Shown: piece by piece, positions 48,723 through 58,329 of the stretch
Position numbering within the stretch: position 1 is the first letter of the stretch
Layout: each line of letters opens with the position of its first letter
The notes under the pieces: generated by a model
Databases searched by the model: none
What the model was told of the DNA's origin: nothing
Seen by the model: the letters and a program-made list of their open reading frames with translations, nothing else
Program-made: the position numbers and the translations under genes
From: Elusimicrobiota bacterium
Lineage (GTDB): Bacteria > Elusimicrobiota > Elusimicrobia > Elusimicrobiales > UBA9959
Length of the DNA stretch: 64,000 bases
Direction: 5' to 3'
Assembly (NCBI GenBank): GCA_037137395.1
Contig: JBAXKK010000001.1
Location: 78,108-142,107, forward strand

Positions 48723-50491
48723 GGTTTGAGATGAAAAAAAGAAACGGGTTTCTGCTGGTGGGGGTGCTGTTCATTTTTATTTTTATGCTGATAATAGTTC
48801 CCGTGATGGTGCGGTGGGTGCAGGACGACACGAAAGTTTCGGTGAAGGACCAGAAATCAACGCTGGCGTTCAATCTGGCGGAGGCGGCTGTTGACCGCGG
48901 CTACTGGAAGGTTAAGAGTTCAACCGGCATTTACAATTCCGTGGCGCTGGGCAACGCCCTTACCGGCTATCATTTTGACTCCGTTTATACGGATGTTCCC
49001 GGCGGAAGTTACCGGGTTAACATATCTTCGGGTCCGGGTGAGGACCAGATAACGATTCTCGGAGAAGGACGCGACTCCGGTAATAATGAAATACGCACCG
49101 TCAAAGCTGTTTTTACCAATACCAGCGTGCCGGGCGCCATACTTTCAGCCGGCCAGTTGAACGCGAACGACATTGACAGTACCATACACTGGGGGCCCAT
49201 TATGGCAAAGGGGGATATAGTGCTGGCCACCGGCTATCCCACATATCCGCGCAAGCTCTCAATGCAGACGGTTAAGCCCCGCGACTCCACAAACGACACA
49301 AATCCCCCCAATACCGACAGTCTTGAATGGTGGTCAAACTACAATGTGCCTGACCTGCCGATATTTGACTTCAATACCATGAGATCCTCCGCCGCGCAGA
49401 CCGGCACGCTCAATTGTAAGGACGCGTACCCCGAAACTTATACCAATATTTATAACCCCTGTACCGGCACAGCCTGCACCGACCCCGGCGGCAGTTGCTC
49501 ATGTTCCAATACTACCACCGGCTCCGCTTGCGTTGACTCCGGCGGCAGTTGTTCATGCACGACCAAAGTCTGTTCCGGCAGCGGTTGTACAGACCCCGGC
49601 GGCGGCTGCAGTTGTACGGGCAGCGGCGCCTCCAAGGTATGCACGGGCAACTCCTGCCCTGACCCCGGGGCCAACTGCGATTGTTCAAGGACCTGCACCG
49701 GCAACGGTTGTACGGACAGCGATGGTTCCGGTTCCAATTGTATTCTCAATAAGACCTGCACCGGCACCGGTTGCGCCGACAGCGACGGCGCTGGCGGCAG
49801 CTGCACTTGTACAGTCACGGTTGCTACCACCACGGCTACCACCGCTGTCATGCAATGCTGCCATTCCGATACATACGGCGGAGCAATCACCTGTGATTAT
49901 GACCACAACGGCGACACCATTGTTGATTATTGTACTAACTGCACCCTGACGGATATTTTCCACCAGACCACCTACAGGGATAAGGACTATACCTGGTACT
50001 GGGATCAAAACGCCACCTGGGGTGGATACACCGGAGTTAAGGGAACCATTGTCGTGATGGGGAATATGACAATTGATACCGCCGGCCATGATGACAGATA
50101 TTGCCGGAGCGATGATACCACCAATTCCCTTCCCGCTAATCCTGGTTGTACCGTAGTGGTGCCGCCCAATGCCTGGCGGGAATATCAGAAGTTTGATACC
50201 TCTGCTACAAATCAGTATCCCGGGGATACGGGGTTAAGAAGCAATGTGCTGACCTATAAAATCGGCACAAGCTCCACCGAGAGCGGGGGGTCGGGCGGCG
50301 ACCTGGGCGTTTACGGGTTCCTGTACATAGGCGGCAACTTTACCCGCGCCGGAGCCTCGGATGTGTTCGGTTCCATGTGGGTGGTCGGCAATGTTTCGGG
50401 AACGGGCAACACCATGGTCTTTTACAACTCGAAACTTAATGTTCCCACTTTGAACGTGGTGCTGGTAAAAGATTCCTGGCTGGAGCAGTAG
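48719..50491 (+). CDS. PilX/GspK-like minor pilin with Cys-rich tandem repeat insert
   Basis: RNG|FLLVGVL lacking Glu5, AFNLAEAAV motif; about six CxGxxCxDxGGxCxC repeats at 49460-49810. Confidence 0.72.
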   Translation: MRFEMKKRNGFLLVGVLFIFIFMLIIVPVMVRWVQDDTKVSVKDQKSTLAFNLAEAAVDRGYWKVKSSTGIYNSVALGNALTGYHFDSVYTDVPGGSYRVNISSGPGEDQITILGEGRDSGNNEIRTVKAVFTNTSVPGAILSAGQLNANDIDSTIHWGPIMAKGDIVLATGYPTYPRKLSMQTVKPRDSTNDTNPPNTDSLEWWSNYNVPDLPIFDFNTMRSSAAQTGTLNCKDAYPETYTNIYNPCTGTACTDPGGSCSCSNTTTGSACVDSGGSCSCTTKVCSGSGCTDPGGGCSCTGSGASKVCTGNSCPDPGANCDCSRTCTGNGCTDSDGSGSNCILNKTCTGTGCADSDGAGGSCTCTVTVATTTATTAVMQCCHSDTYGGAITCDYDHNGDTIVDYCTNCTLTDIFHQTTYRDKDYTWYWDQNATWGGYTGVKGTIVVMGNMTIDTAGHDDRYCRSDDTTNSLPANPGCTVVVPPNAWREYQKFDTSATNQYPGDTGLRSNVLTYKIGTSSTESGGSGGDLGVYGFLYIGGNFTRAGASDVFGSMWVVGNVSGTGNTMVFYNSKLNVPTLNVVLVKDSWLEQ

Positions 50492-50671
50492 TACGGGGCC
50501 AGGCCCGCAGGGGTTAGCGCCCGCTTTAGTTTTTAGTTGAAAAAGACCGCTCAAATTGATTGAATATACATAGATAAGGTCCGGCTATGGCGCTTTTAAG
50601 GGCGCATGTACCGGGGCCGTCTTTTTTAACATATTTTGCCGTACCGTTCGCCAAAGTCTCCGGAGGAAAAA

Positions 50672-51193
50672 ATGAGAATACATATAGTAGCCAGAAAGGT
50701 CAAACTTACCCAGCCTATAAAAGATTTTATAGAAGCCAGGCTCGCCAAGCTGACGGAGTTCGTGGATAATATCGTCTGGGCGCAGGTCATCGTGAGCGTG
50801 GAGAAAAAAATTCACTCCGCCGAAGTTATCGTACACGCCGGCCATCAGACCATGAAGGCCGCGGGGGAATCCGACGAGCTCTATCCGGCCATCGACAAGG
50901 CCATGACCAAAATGGAATCCCAGGTTAAGAAATACAAAGAGAAATTTTCAGAACATCGCGGCCCCTCAAGCTCTGAAATGAGCGAGTTCTCGACTCTTGT
51001 GGGACCGCAGGTCGTTTTCTCGGTGGTTAAAAATGTCCCGATAAAACCCATGAACAGGGAGGAGGCCGTTAAGGAGATGGAGAAGCTCGGCTTCAACTTC
51101 TGGATGTTCGTGGAGAGGGATTCCAAACAGGTGCAGGTCGTCTTCAGGCGGTTGGACAGCACCTACGGCCTTCTGCTGCCGGTAAAGAAATAA
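50672..51193 (+). CDS. hpf: Ribosome hibernation promoting factor (long HPF/RaiA)
   Basis: LY.AID......Q.KKYKEK and KPM..EEA..EM...G..F...VVFRR.D..YGL. ATG 50672 with GGAGG RBS. Confidence 0.9.
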   Translation: MRIHIVARKVKLTQPIKDFIEARLAKLTEFVDNIVWAQVIVSVEKKIHSAEVIVHAGHQTMKAAGESDELYPAIDKAMTKMESQVKKYKEKFSEHRGPSSSEMSEFSTLVGPQVVFSVVKNVPIKPMNREEAVKEMEKLGFNFWMFVERDSKQVQVVFRRLDSTYGLLLPVKK

Positions 51194-51199
51194 CATCAT

Positions 51200-51288
51200 A
51201 GCGCGGCAGAAGGACAGCGCGGCAGAAGGACAGCGGGATAATTAATTTTGTAACTGCCGGGCTTTCTTGCTCTCTTGCTGCCGCGCCG
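51200..51288. repeat. Octamer-period repeat hairpin
   Basis: agcgcggcagaaggac x2 ... ctttcttg ctctcttg ctgccgcg. Confidence 0.6.
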
Positions 51289-51303
51289 CACAAAGGGAGT
51301 CTT

Positions 51304-52269
51304 ATGTCGGAAACGCAGACCAGCGCCAAGTCCATAACCGTAAGCGAACTTCTTAAATCCCGTGGAAAGATACTGGGACTCAAGGTTATAGCCGGGTCCA
51401 AGACCCTGTCCCGCAAAGTCACGGTCAGTGAGATCAACCGCCCCGGCCTGGCCATCGCCGGCCATCTTGAGCAGTTCCGCTCCGAGCGCATTCAGATCAT
51501 CGGCCAGGGCGAATACGCCTACTGCGTGAAAGAGGACTCAAAAAAAGTCATCGCCAGCCTGGCTAAAATGTTCGCGTATTCCGATATCCCCTGCGTAATA
51601 GTCACCGGGGGGCTTAAGCCGCTCCCGGTTATCAGGGAGGCCTGCCGCAAGGCCGGGATCCCCCTGCTCGCGACAAGCTTTGACACCTCATCCTTCATCC
51701 GCGAACTCACCATTTTTTTGGACGATAAACTGGCCGCTATCACTTACGCTCACGGCGTGCTGGTCAGCGTTTACGGACTGGGCGTCCTTATCCAGGGCGA
51801 TTCCGGGGTGGGAAAATCGGAATGCGCGCTGGAACTCCTTAAGCGCGGCCACATACTCATAGCAGACGATGTCGTGGAAATAAAGCGCCGCATCGGCTAC
51901 ATGCTGGTGGGTAATTCTCCCAAGAATATAAAACATTACATGGAGGTCCGCGGCCTCGGCATCATAGACGTGGAACTTCTTTTCGGCATCGGCTCCATTC
52001 TGGACCAGTCGCTGATAGAAATGCATGTGAAACTGGAAAGCGTGACAGGGGCGACCAACCTCTCCAACTACGATCGCACCGGCCTGCAGTCCAGCGAAGT
52101 TTCCATTCTGGAAGTGCAAGTGCCCTCTCTTCGCCTGCCGGTTACTCCGGGGCGGAATCTCGCGGTGCTTATAGAGGTGGCCTCGCTAAATCAGCGCCTG
52201 AAAAACCAGGGCTACTTTGTGGCCAAGAAATTTAACGAAAGCCTTATAAGGGAGATGGGGAAGAAGTAG
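51304..52269 (+). CDS. hprK: HPr kinase/phosphorylase
   Basis: NRPGL, GDSGVGKSE, LIADD, MEVRGLGII and PGRNLA. Confidence 0.96.
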   Translation: MSETQTSAKSITVSELLKSRGKILGLKVIAGSKTLSRKVTVSEINRPGLAIAGHLEQFRSERIQIIGQGEYAYCVKEDSKKVIASLAKMFAYSDIPCVIVTGGLKPLPVIREACRKAGIPLLATSFDTSSFIRELTIFLDDKLAAITYAHGVLVSVYGLGVLIQGDSGVGKSECALELLKRGHILIADDVVEIKRRIGYMLVGNSPKNIKHYMEVRGLGIIDVELLFGIGSILDQSLIEMHVKLESVTGATNLSNYDRTGLQSSEVSILEVQVPSLRLPVTPGRNLAVLIEVASLNQRLKNQGYFVAKKFNESLIREMGKK

Positions 52270-52279
52270 TGATAAATCT

Positions 52280-52414
52280 TCGTAAAGCGGAAAGCGTAAA
52301 TAGTAAATCGTTAAATATCAGCAGTGAACGGGATATAGTAAAAAATTTGGTATTGAAATCTGTTGTCAGCTGATTGCTGTTTACTCTTTACGCTTCACGT
52401 TTTCCGCTTTACGA
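52280..52414. repeat. Heptamer-repeat hairpin (CGTAAAG family)
   Basis: cgtaaag cggaaag cgtaaat agtaaat ... ctttacg cttcacg ttttccg ctttacg. Confidence 0.8.
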
Positions 52415-52424
52415 CTGTACTACT

Positions 52425-53288
52425 ATGAACTCTAAAAAAACTGACGGGAAAATATTTATTATCACCGGCATGTCCGGCGCCGGCAAGAGCCAGGCTCTCA
52501 AGTGCTTCGAGGACCTCGGTTTTTACTGCATAGACAACCTTCCCGTCGCCCTTATTCCGGCTTTTTCCGAACTGGTAAAAACAAACAGGCATTTCAGGCA
52601 AGTCGCCCTTGGCATAGATATAAGAGAGGGCCGTTTCTTTAAGGGTTTCGTGAAATCCCTGGATATCCTGCGCAAACTTGGCCTGGATTACAAAGTCATA
52701 TTCCTGGACGCCGCCGACCCCATAATTCTACAGCGGTTTTCTGAGACGCGCCATCGCCATCCGCTCGGTAAAAATATTTCCGAAGCGGTGAGGGAAGAGC
52801 GGAAAATTCTTTCCGGGCTGAAAGAGCGCGCCAACAAGGTTGTAGATACTTCCAAGCTGACGCTGGGAGAATTAAAAGAGATTCTTTCCGGGGCGCTTGA
52901 GCTTAAACGCTCCACTGAGATGAAGCTTACGGTGATATCCTTCGGCTACAAATACGGCATTCCGCTGGACGCTGACCTGGTAATGGACGTGCGATTCCTA
53001 CCCAACCCTAATTATATCCCGCGCTTAAAGCGCAGGACCGGCTTGGACCGCCCCGTAGGCGACTATATACGGAACAAACCGGGCTTTAAGACTTTCATTA
53101 AAGATTATACCGGCCAGATAAAGCATCTTCTGCCGCTTTATATCAAGGAGGGCAAGTCATACCTTACCATCGCTATAGGCTGCACCGGAGGCAGGCACCG
53201 CAGCGTTTTTATCGCCCACCAGGTCGCTGAAAGCCTTTCCAGATTCGGTTTCTCGGTCTCGGAATATCACAGGGATATCAGGAAGTAA
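52425..53288 (+). CDS. rapZ: RNase adapter RapZ/YvcJ P-loop protein
   Basis: GMSGAGKS, DNLP, RFSETRHRHP, DVRFLPNP and GCTGGRHRSV. Start ATG 52425. Confidence 0.95.
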   Translation: MNSKKTDGKIFIITGMSGAGKSQALKCFEDLGFYCIDNLPVALIPAFSELVKTNRHFRQVALGIDIREGRFFKGFVKSLDILRKLGLDYKVIFLDAADPIILQRFSETRHRHPLGKNISEAVREERKILSGLKERANKVVDTSKLTLGELKEILSGALELKRSTEMKLTVISFGYKYGIPLDADLVMDVRFLPNPNYIPRLKRRTGLDRPVGDYIRNKPGFKTFIKDYTGQIKHLLPLYIKEGKSYLTIAIGCTGGRHRSVFIAHQVAESLSRFGFSVSEYHRDIRK

Positions 53289-53293
53289 ATTGT

Positions 53294-53433
53294 TGCCATA
53301 CGCTTTAAGCCATATACCATAGGCAGAAAGGCTACCGCAGGCAAGACTGGTATACGCCATAAGCTTTTAAGGAGTTTCTGAAAGGGCTATTATAAGGTTT
53401 CTGCGTATAGCCTAAAGCATATGGCTTATGGCA
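53294..53433. repeat. Heptamer-repeat hairpin (GCCATA family)
   Basis: gccatac gctttaa gccatat accatag ... cgtatag cctaaag catatgg cttatgg. Confidence 0.8.
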
Positions 53434-53450
53434 GTAAAAGTGTTGAACAT

Positions 53451-53870
53451 ATGATCAATATCATCGTTATCACCCATGGCGAGTTCGGCGCCTATCTTAT
53501 TGAGGCGGCCGAGGGCATAGTGGGAGTTCAGCATGAAGGGGTGAAGAACATCTCCATCTCTCAGCGGATGTCGCTGGAGAAGATTAAAAACGCGATAGAG
53601 ACCGCCAGCGCGGAGATGCGCTCGGACGACGGACTGATCTTCCTTATAGATATGCCGGGCGGGACGCCAATGAATGTCGTGCTGCCGCTGGTTAAAGATA
53701 TCGTTAAAACCGCCGTGATCTGCGGCGTGAATATAAATATGATGACCTCAGCTTTTGCCTACCGGAAAAATCTGGATTTTGACGGACTCGTAAGTAAGAT
53801 CCTCGCGGACGGCAGGAAGGCCATCTGCGAGGTCAAGAGCATGCTGTTGCGGGGTCCGGCCGGTAAGTAG
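53451..53870 (+). CDS. PTS mannose-family EIIA
   Basis: IVITHG (phospho-His), DMPGGTP and GVNINM. Start ATG 53451. Confidence 0.9.
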   Translation: MINIIVITHGEFGAYLIEAAEGIVGVQHEGVKNISISQRMSLEKIKNAIETASAEMRSDDGLIFLIDMPGGTPMNVVLPLVKDIVKTAVICGVNINMMTSAFAYRKNLDFDGLVSKILADGRKAICEVKSMLLRGPAGK

Positions 53871-53896
53871 CTCCTATTCCTGAGTTAAATTACTTT

Positions 53897-54376
53897 ATGC
53901 CAATTACTTTATTTCGGATAGACGACAGGCTTATTCACGGCCAGGTGGTGGAGGCTTGGGTTCCCCATCTCAGGGCTGACGAAATAGTGGTGATCTCCGA
54001 TGAGATAGCGGCCGATGAGGTAAGGAGCACCATAATGCGTTTTTCCACTCCGGAAGGCGTGGATCTAAAGATCCTGGGAGTGGCTGACGCGTTTTCTTAT
54101 CTTAACGGCCACCCGTCCGCAGTAAGCATTCTGGTCCTGCTTCCAGGTCTGAAAGAGGCGGCGGACATGCTTTCTAAAGGTCTCAAGATCCCCTCGATCA
54201 ATATCGGCGGCATGCATTATTCCGCCGGTAAGAATGTTTCAATCGGTAAGGCGATATTTCTGAGTGAGGAGGATTGCAATTACCTCAAGTTCATATCCGG
54301 AGCCGGCGTGGAGCTGGAGGGCCGCGGGGTCCCCACCGATAAGCCGATAGACCTGATGGAAGCAATAAAACAGTAA
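53897..54376 (+). CDS. PTS mannose/sorbose-family EIIB
   Basis: RIDDRLIHGQV and NIGGM. Confidence 0.93.
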   Translation: MPITLFRIDDRLIHGQVVEAWVPHLRADEIVVISDEIAADEVRSTIMRFSTPEGVDLKILGVADAFSYLNGHPSAVSILVLLPGLKEAADMLSKGLKIPSINIGGMHYSAGKNVSIGKAIFLSEEDCNYLKFISGAGVELEGRGVPTDKPIDLMEAIKQ

Positions 54377-54512
54377 TCAGTGAATGGGAGGATTAAGGAG
54401 TAAGTGGTAAGGATTAAGGATTAAGTAGTAAGTAGTAAGGATTAAGGATTAAGGTTTAGGACGTTTCTTACAACTTACCACTTACAACTTATCACTTATA
54501 ACTTACCACTAT
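54372..54512. repeat. Heptamer-repeat hairpin (GATTAAG/GTAAGT family)
   Basis: gattaag gagtaag tggtaag gattaag gattaag tagtaag tagtaag ... cttacaa cttacca cttacaa cttatca cttataa cttacca. Confidence 0.85.
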
Positions 54513-54518
54513 CGTAAT

Positions 54519-55139
54519 ATGATTATAGTTCTGAAAGCCCTTATCTCCAGTCTTTTTGCCGGCCTGCTCCAGCTTGACAATGTTCAGGCCGGGCAGTTTC
54601 TTATCTCCAGGCCAGCTTTGGTGGGACCGGCGCTGGGATGGCTGAACGGTTGTCCGGCTGAGGGCGCCAGGATAGGCCTGCTGACCGAACTTATTTATCT
54701 CGACTTTATCCCAGTCGGCGGTGTCGTTCCGCCCTGCGGTCTTGTGGCGGCCGCGGTAGGGGTTTTGGGTTTCGCGTACGGCGGCCTGCCGGAATCTACC
54801 GCCTTTTTTTTCGGCATTCTGGCCGGGTTCTTGTACGCGAATCTTGAGTATCGTCTCCGCGTGCTGCGCTCGTCATGGATAGCGGGCATAGAGTCCCAGG
54901 CGAAGGGCGGGACTCTCAGACTGGAGCGCCGGCTCGCCGGCTCTCTCCTTGTTGAGAGCGCTATGACCGGATCTTATGTTTTCATTTTTTCATGTCTGCT
55001 CGCGCTGGTGTGCAGCTTGGGATTTTGCGCCGGTTTCAGCGCTTTGTTCCGCGCTTCGGATTTTGCATATTCGCTTATGCCCTGGTTGGGCCTAAGTGGA
55101 CTTTATTTCAGATTCAGTACGCAGATATATAAGAAATAG
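54519..55139 (+). CDS. PTS mannose-family EIIC (short)
   Basis: GQFLISRPALVG and ELIYL...PVGG.VPP. Confidence 0.8.
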   Translation: MIIVLKALISSLFAGLLQLDNVQAGQFLISRPALVGPALGWLNGCPAEGARIGLLTELIYLDFIPVGGVVPPCGLVAAAVGVLGFAYGGLPESTAFFFGILAGFLYANLEYRLRVLRSSWIAGIESQAKGGTLRLERRLAGSLLVESAMTGSYVFIFSCLLALVCSLGFCAGFSALFRASDFAYSLMPWLGLSGLYFRFSTQIYKK

Positions 55140-55159
55140 TGGCTAGTGAATAGTGGTAA

Positions 55160-56077
55160 GTGAAAGACAGTAAAAAAATTATGAGTATAGAATCGGATAA
55201 AAATCAGATTCCTGATTCGGGGCATGTCGCTAATAACTTGCCGCTAGCCACTGTTTTTTTTCGCTCATTCATGATACAGGCCGGCTGGAACTATGAGAGG
55301 CTGCAGAACCTCGGTTTCGCGTTCGCCATCACGCCCGCGCTCAGGCGGATTTACGCTTCAAGCGAAGCTTTTAACGCCGCAGTTCTGCGCCACCTTGGCC
55401 TTTTTAACACACAACCTTATATGGTCGGTTTCGTGCTCGGGAACGTTATTAAAATGGAAGAGGGGCTTGCCCGCTCTCCCGGGAACACCGAATTAGAGAA
55501 GAAGCTAATCGGGGTCAAGCAGGCCCTGTCTTCGGGTTTCGCCTCTATAGGTGACCGTGTTTTCTGGGGCCGACTTAAACCTATTACGACCCAGCTTTGC
55601 ATCGTGGTCTGGTTTTTGGCAGGTTTTTACGGTTGGCTTTTTACCGGCCATGGTTACCAGCCTTCCGCGCTGGTCTTGTTCGGCGGGCCTTTAGCCGGTA
55701 TAGTTATTTACGGAGCTTTTGCCGTTTATCTGCGCTGGATCGGGCTGAAAAGGGGGTACGCGTGCGGCGGTCAGGCTAATTGTGGCCTTGACGCCATGCG
55801 CTGGCCGGGACTTATACGGCTGCTCAGCGTTGCAGGTTTCGCATTTTCGCTGTCGATAGTCCTTGGGGCTTTCGGTCTGCTTATCGCTCACAACCTTCCG
55901 GGAGAGTCTAAAGGTGATCTGGCGATGAAACTCGCTTTGGTCTTATGTGTTATGGCGCTGCAGCGTGTCACCAGAAAATTCGGACGTTCTATATTTTTTG
56001 CCATGGGAATAATTGTCGCGGTTTCAGTGGCTGTGTTTACAATTTTTAATCCGGGGAAGTTTAATATATATTTATGA
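55160..56077 (+). CDS. PTS mannose-family EIID
   Basis: RSF.IQA.WNYERLQNLGF, FNTQP and A.IGD..FW. The start is uncertain because the N-terminus overlaps a repeat tract at 55137-55253. Confidence 0.88.
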   Translation: MKDSKKIMSIESDKNQIPDSGHVANNLPLATVFFRSFMIQAGWNYERLQNLGFAFAITPALRRIYASSEAFNAAVLRHLGLFNTQPYMVGFVLGNVIKMEEGLARSPGNTELEKKLIGVKQALSSGFASIGDRVFWGRLKPITTQLCIVVWFLAGFYGWLFTGHGYQPSALVLFGGPLAGIVIYGAFAVYLRWIGLKRGYACGGQANCGLDAMRWPGLIRLLSVAGFAFSLSIVLGAFGLLIAHNLPGESKGDLAMKLALVLCVMALQRVTRKFGRSIFFAMGIIVAVSVAVFTIFNPGKFNIYL

Positions 56078-56340
56078 CCAAAAATGACATCAAGATCACC
56101 AACGAACTGGGTATTCACGCGCGCCCGGCAGGCATGATAGCCAACACCGCGTCACGCTTCGCCTGCGATATTAAAATTGTAAAGGATAAAAGAGAAGTAA
56201 ACGCCAAGAGCATCATGGGTATTATGACACTGGCGGCGGGAAAGGGCTCCGTGATCACCATCGTCACTAACGGTGTCGACGAGGCGCAGGCCTTCGAGGC
56301 GATCCGGGAACTATTTGTTAAAAATTTCGATGAGGAGTAG
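56074..56340 (+). CDS. ptsH: Phosphocarrier protein HPr
   Basis: GIHARPA (His15) and NAKSIMG (Ser46). Confidence 0.95.
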   Translation: MTKNDIKITNELGIHARPAGMIANTASRFACDIKIVKDKREVNAKSIMGIMTLAAGKGSVITIVTNGVDEAQAFEAIRELFVKNFDEE

Positions 56341-56344
56341 GGAA

Positions 56345-56480
56345 TAAGAATTTAAGATTGAAGATTCAAGATTTAAGATTCAAGATTGAAGATTTAAGAT
56401 TTACGATTGACGATTTACGATTTACGAGTTGAAGATTGTTGGAATAGTCTTTAATCCGGAATCCGAAATGTTGAATCAGA
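56345..56480. repeat. Heptamer tandem repeat (AAGATTY family)
   Basis: aagattg aagattc aagattt aagattc aagattg aagattt aagattt acgattg acgattt acgattt ... aatccgg aatccga. Confidence 0.88.
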
Positions 56481-56501
56481 TTATTCAGGGATAATTTATT
56501 T

Positions 56502-58229
56502 ATGCTGATAAAAAAAGGTATCGCGGCAAGTCTCGGCATAGCCATAGGCAAAGCTCATATCGTCAAAGAGGAAAATATCCTTATAGAGCAGAAGGATATT
56601 CCGAAGGATAAGCTTAAAGCGGAAATAAAGCGCTTTAAGGACGCCTTGGGGAAGACCAAGCTTGACCTGGACGCCATCCGTTCAAAGGTGCTTAACGTGC
56701 TTGGTAAGCAACACGCCAAGCTTATAGACGCGCATCACCTGATACTGCAGGATCCGCTGATCACCAAGGAAGTTCCAAAGCTGATCGTAACCAAGGGCGT
56801 CAACGCTGAATTCGCGCTTTCGGAGATCCTGGACAAGGCTGAAGAGGAATTTGAGAAGATAGACGACGAATTTTTTCATGAGCGCAAGCATGACCTTTTC
56901 GACGTGGGTAAAAAAATACTTTCCAATCTAGTCAACCGCGAAAAAGTTACGCTTAAGGAGCTCAAGGAGCCGGTGATCATAGTCGCGCATAATCTGTACC
57001 CGTCCGACACCCTGCATATAAGAGAGTCCAATAAAGTGCTTGGTTTCTGCATGGATCTGGGGTCCAAATCCAGCCATACCGCCATCTTCGCGCAGAGCAT
57101 GGGCATTCCCGCGGTGGTCGGACTTTCGGATATCAGCCGTCAGATCGTCAGCGGCGATACCATTATCGTGGACGGCGAGCAGGGAATGGTCATCATCGCT
57201 CCAACTGCGGAGATAATCGAGAAGTATAAAGTGCGCAAAGAGGAGCTGCATAAACAGGAACATTTTTTTCTCCGCCTGAAAGGCCTGCCGGCCACTACGC
57301 GCGACGGGCACAAAATAAGCTTGATGTGCAATGTGGATTCCGCCGAGGACGCCGCCGAGCTGGCCGCCATAAAATCCGAAGGCGTGGGTCTTTTTCGGAC
57401 CGAGTCACTCTACATGAACCGCGAGTCGGTTCCTACTGAAGAGGAGCAGGTTAAATCATATTCCGCCATCGCCAAAGCCGTTCCGCATCTGCCGGTCACG
57501 ATCAGGACCGCGGATATAGGCGGAGACCGCGCCACTCAGCTCGGCATCAAGGGTCTCAAGGATGAGCGCAATCCGTTCATGGGGTTTCGCGGCATACGGC
57601 TGTTCATAAAGTATCCGGAACTGCTCAAGACCCAGCTCAGGGCTATCTATAAATCCAATACTGAAGCGAACATTAAAATTATGATTCCTATGCTCTCGTC
57701 TCTTGACGAGCTGTGCACGGTCAAAAAGATCGCCCAGAATGTCAAAACAGAGCTGGCCGAAGAGGGCTACGCCATAAATGGCAATCCGGAATTCGGCGTC
57801 ATGATAGAGATTCCGGCCGCGGCTATTATTCTTGATTCTCTCCTTAGCGAGATAGACTTCGTTTCCATCGGCACTAACGATCTGGTGCAGTACACGCTGG
57901 CGGTGGATCGCATAAACCAGTATGTTTCCGAGCTTTACGAGCCGTTCCATCCCGCGGTCCTGCGGCTTATTAATCTGGTGGTTCAGACCGCGCACAAAAA
58001 AGGAAAACCGGTCTCGGTTTGCGGAGAGATGGCTTCCGACCCTTACGCCATACCTGTGCTGGTGGGGTTGGGCGTGGACATCCTTTCTGTACCCATAAAG
58101 ATGCAGCTGCGCTCAAAATACGCGGTCCGCTCCATGAATTTTGAGAAATTTTCGGCTTTGGCGCAGCATCTGCTGGGGCTTCCCACCGCGGCGGAAATAC
58201 GCCGTATTATCGAGGAGGAAGTGAAATAA
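56502..58229 (+). CDS. ptsI: PTS enzyme I
   Basis: SHTAI phospho-His, GVGLFRTE, NPFMGFRG, GTNDLVQY and VCGEMA. Confidence 0.95.
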   Translation: MLIKKGIAASLGIAIGKAHIVKEENILIEQKDIPKDKLKAEIKRFKDALGKTKLDLDAIRSKVLNVLGKQHAKLIDAHHLILQDPLITKEVPKLIVTKGVNAEFALSEILDKAEEEFEKIDDEFFHERKHDLFDVGKKILSNLVNREKVTLKELKEPVIIVAHNLYPSDTLHIRESNKVLGFCMDLGSKSSHTAIFAQSMGIPAVVGLSDISRQIVSGDTIIVDGEQGMVIIAPTAEIIEKYKVRKEELHKQEHFFLRLKGLPATTRDGHKISLMCNVDSAEDAAELAAIKSEGVGLFRTESLYMNRESVPTEEEQVKSYSAIAKAVPHLPVTIRTADIGGDRATQLGIKGLKDERNPFMGFRGIRLFIKYPELLKTQLRAIYKSNTEANIKIMIPMLSSLDELCTVKKIAQNVKTELAEEGYAINGNPEFGVMIEIPAAAIILDSLLSEIDFVSIGTNDLVQYTLAVDRINQYVSELYEPFHPAVLRLINLVVQTAHKKGKPVSVCGEMASDPYAIPVLVGLGVDILSVPIKMQLRSKYAVRSMNFEKFSALAQHLLGLPTAAEIRRIIEEEVK

Positions 58230-58325
58230 CGCGGAAAGCGTAAAGAGTTTGAGACGATATTGCGCTTTTTCCCCTCTGGCAGTTTCATGTTTTACGCTTT
58301 GCGCTTTCCGTTTTCCGGTTTACGA
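58230..58325. repeat. Heptamer-repeat hairpin (CGTAAAG family)
   Basis: cggaaag cgtaaag ... ttttacg ctttgcg ctttccg ttttccg gtttacg. Confidence 0.75.
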
Positions 58326-58329
58326 ACTT

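Noticed and set aside
48719..50491. Diversity-generating retroelement target in the PilX-like gene
   Set aside because: No reverse transcriptase and no template/variable repeat pair differing at adenines is seen in the window.
54372..56480. Repeat tracts as CRISPR arrays
   Set aside because: Units are 7 nt, degenerate and contiguous, with no unique spacers and no cas genes.
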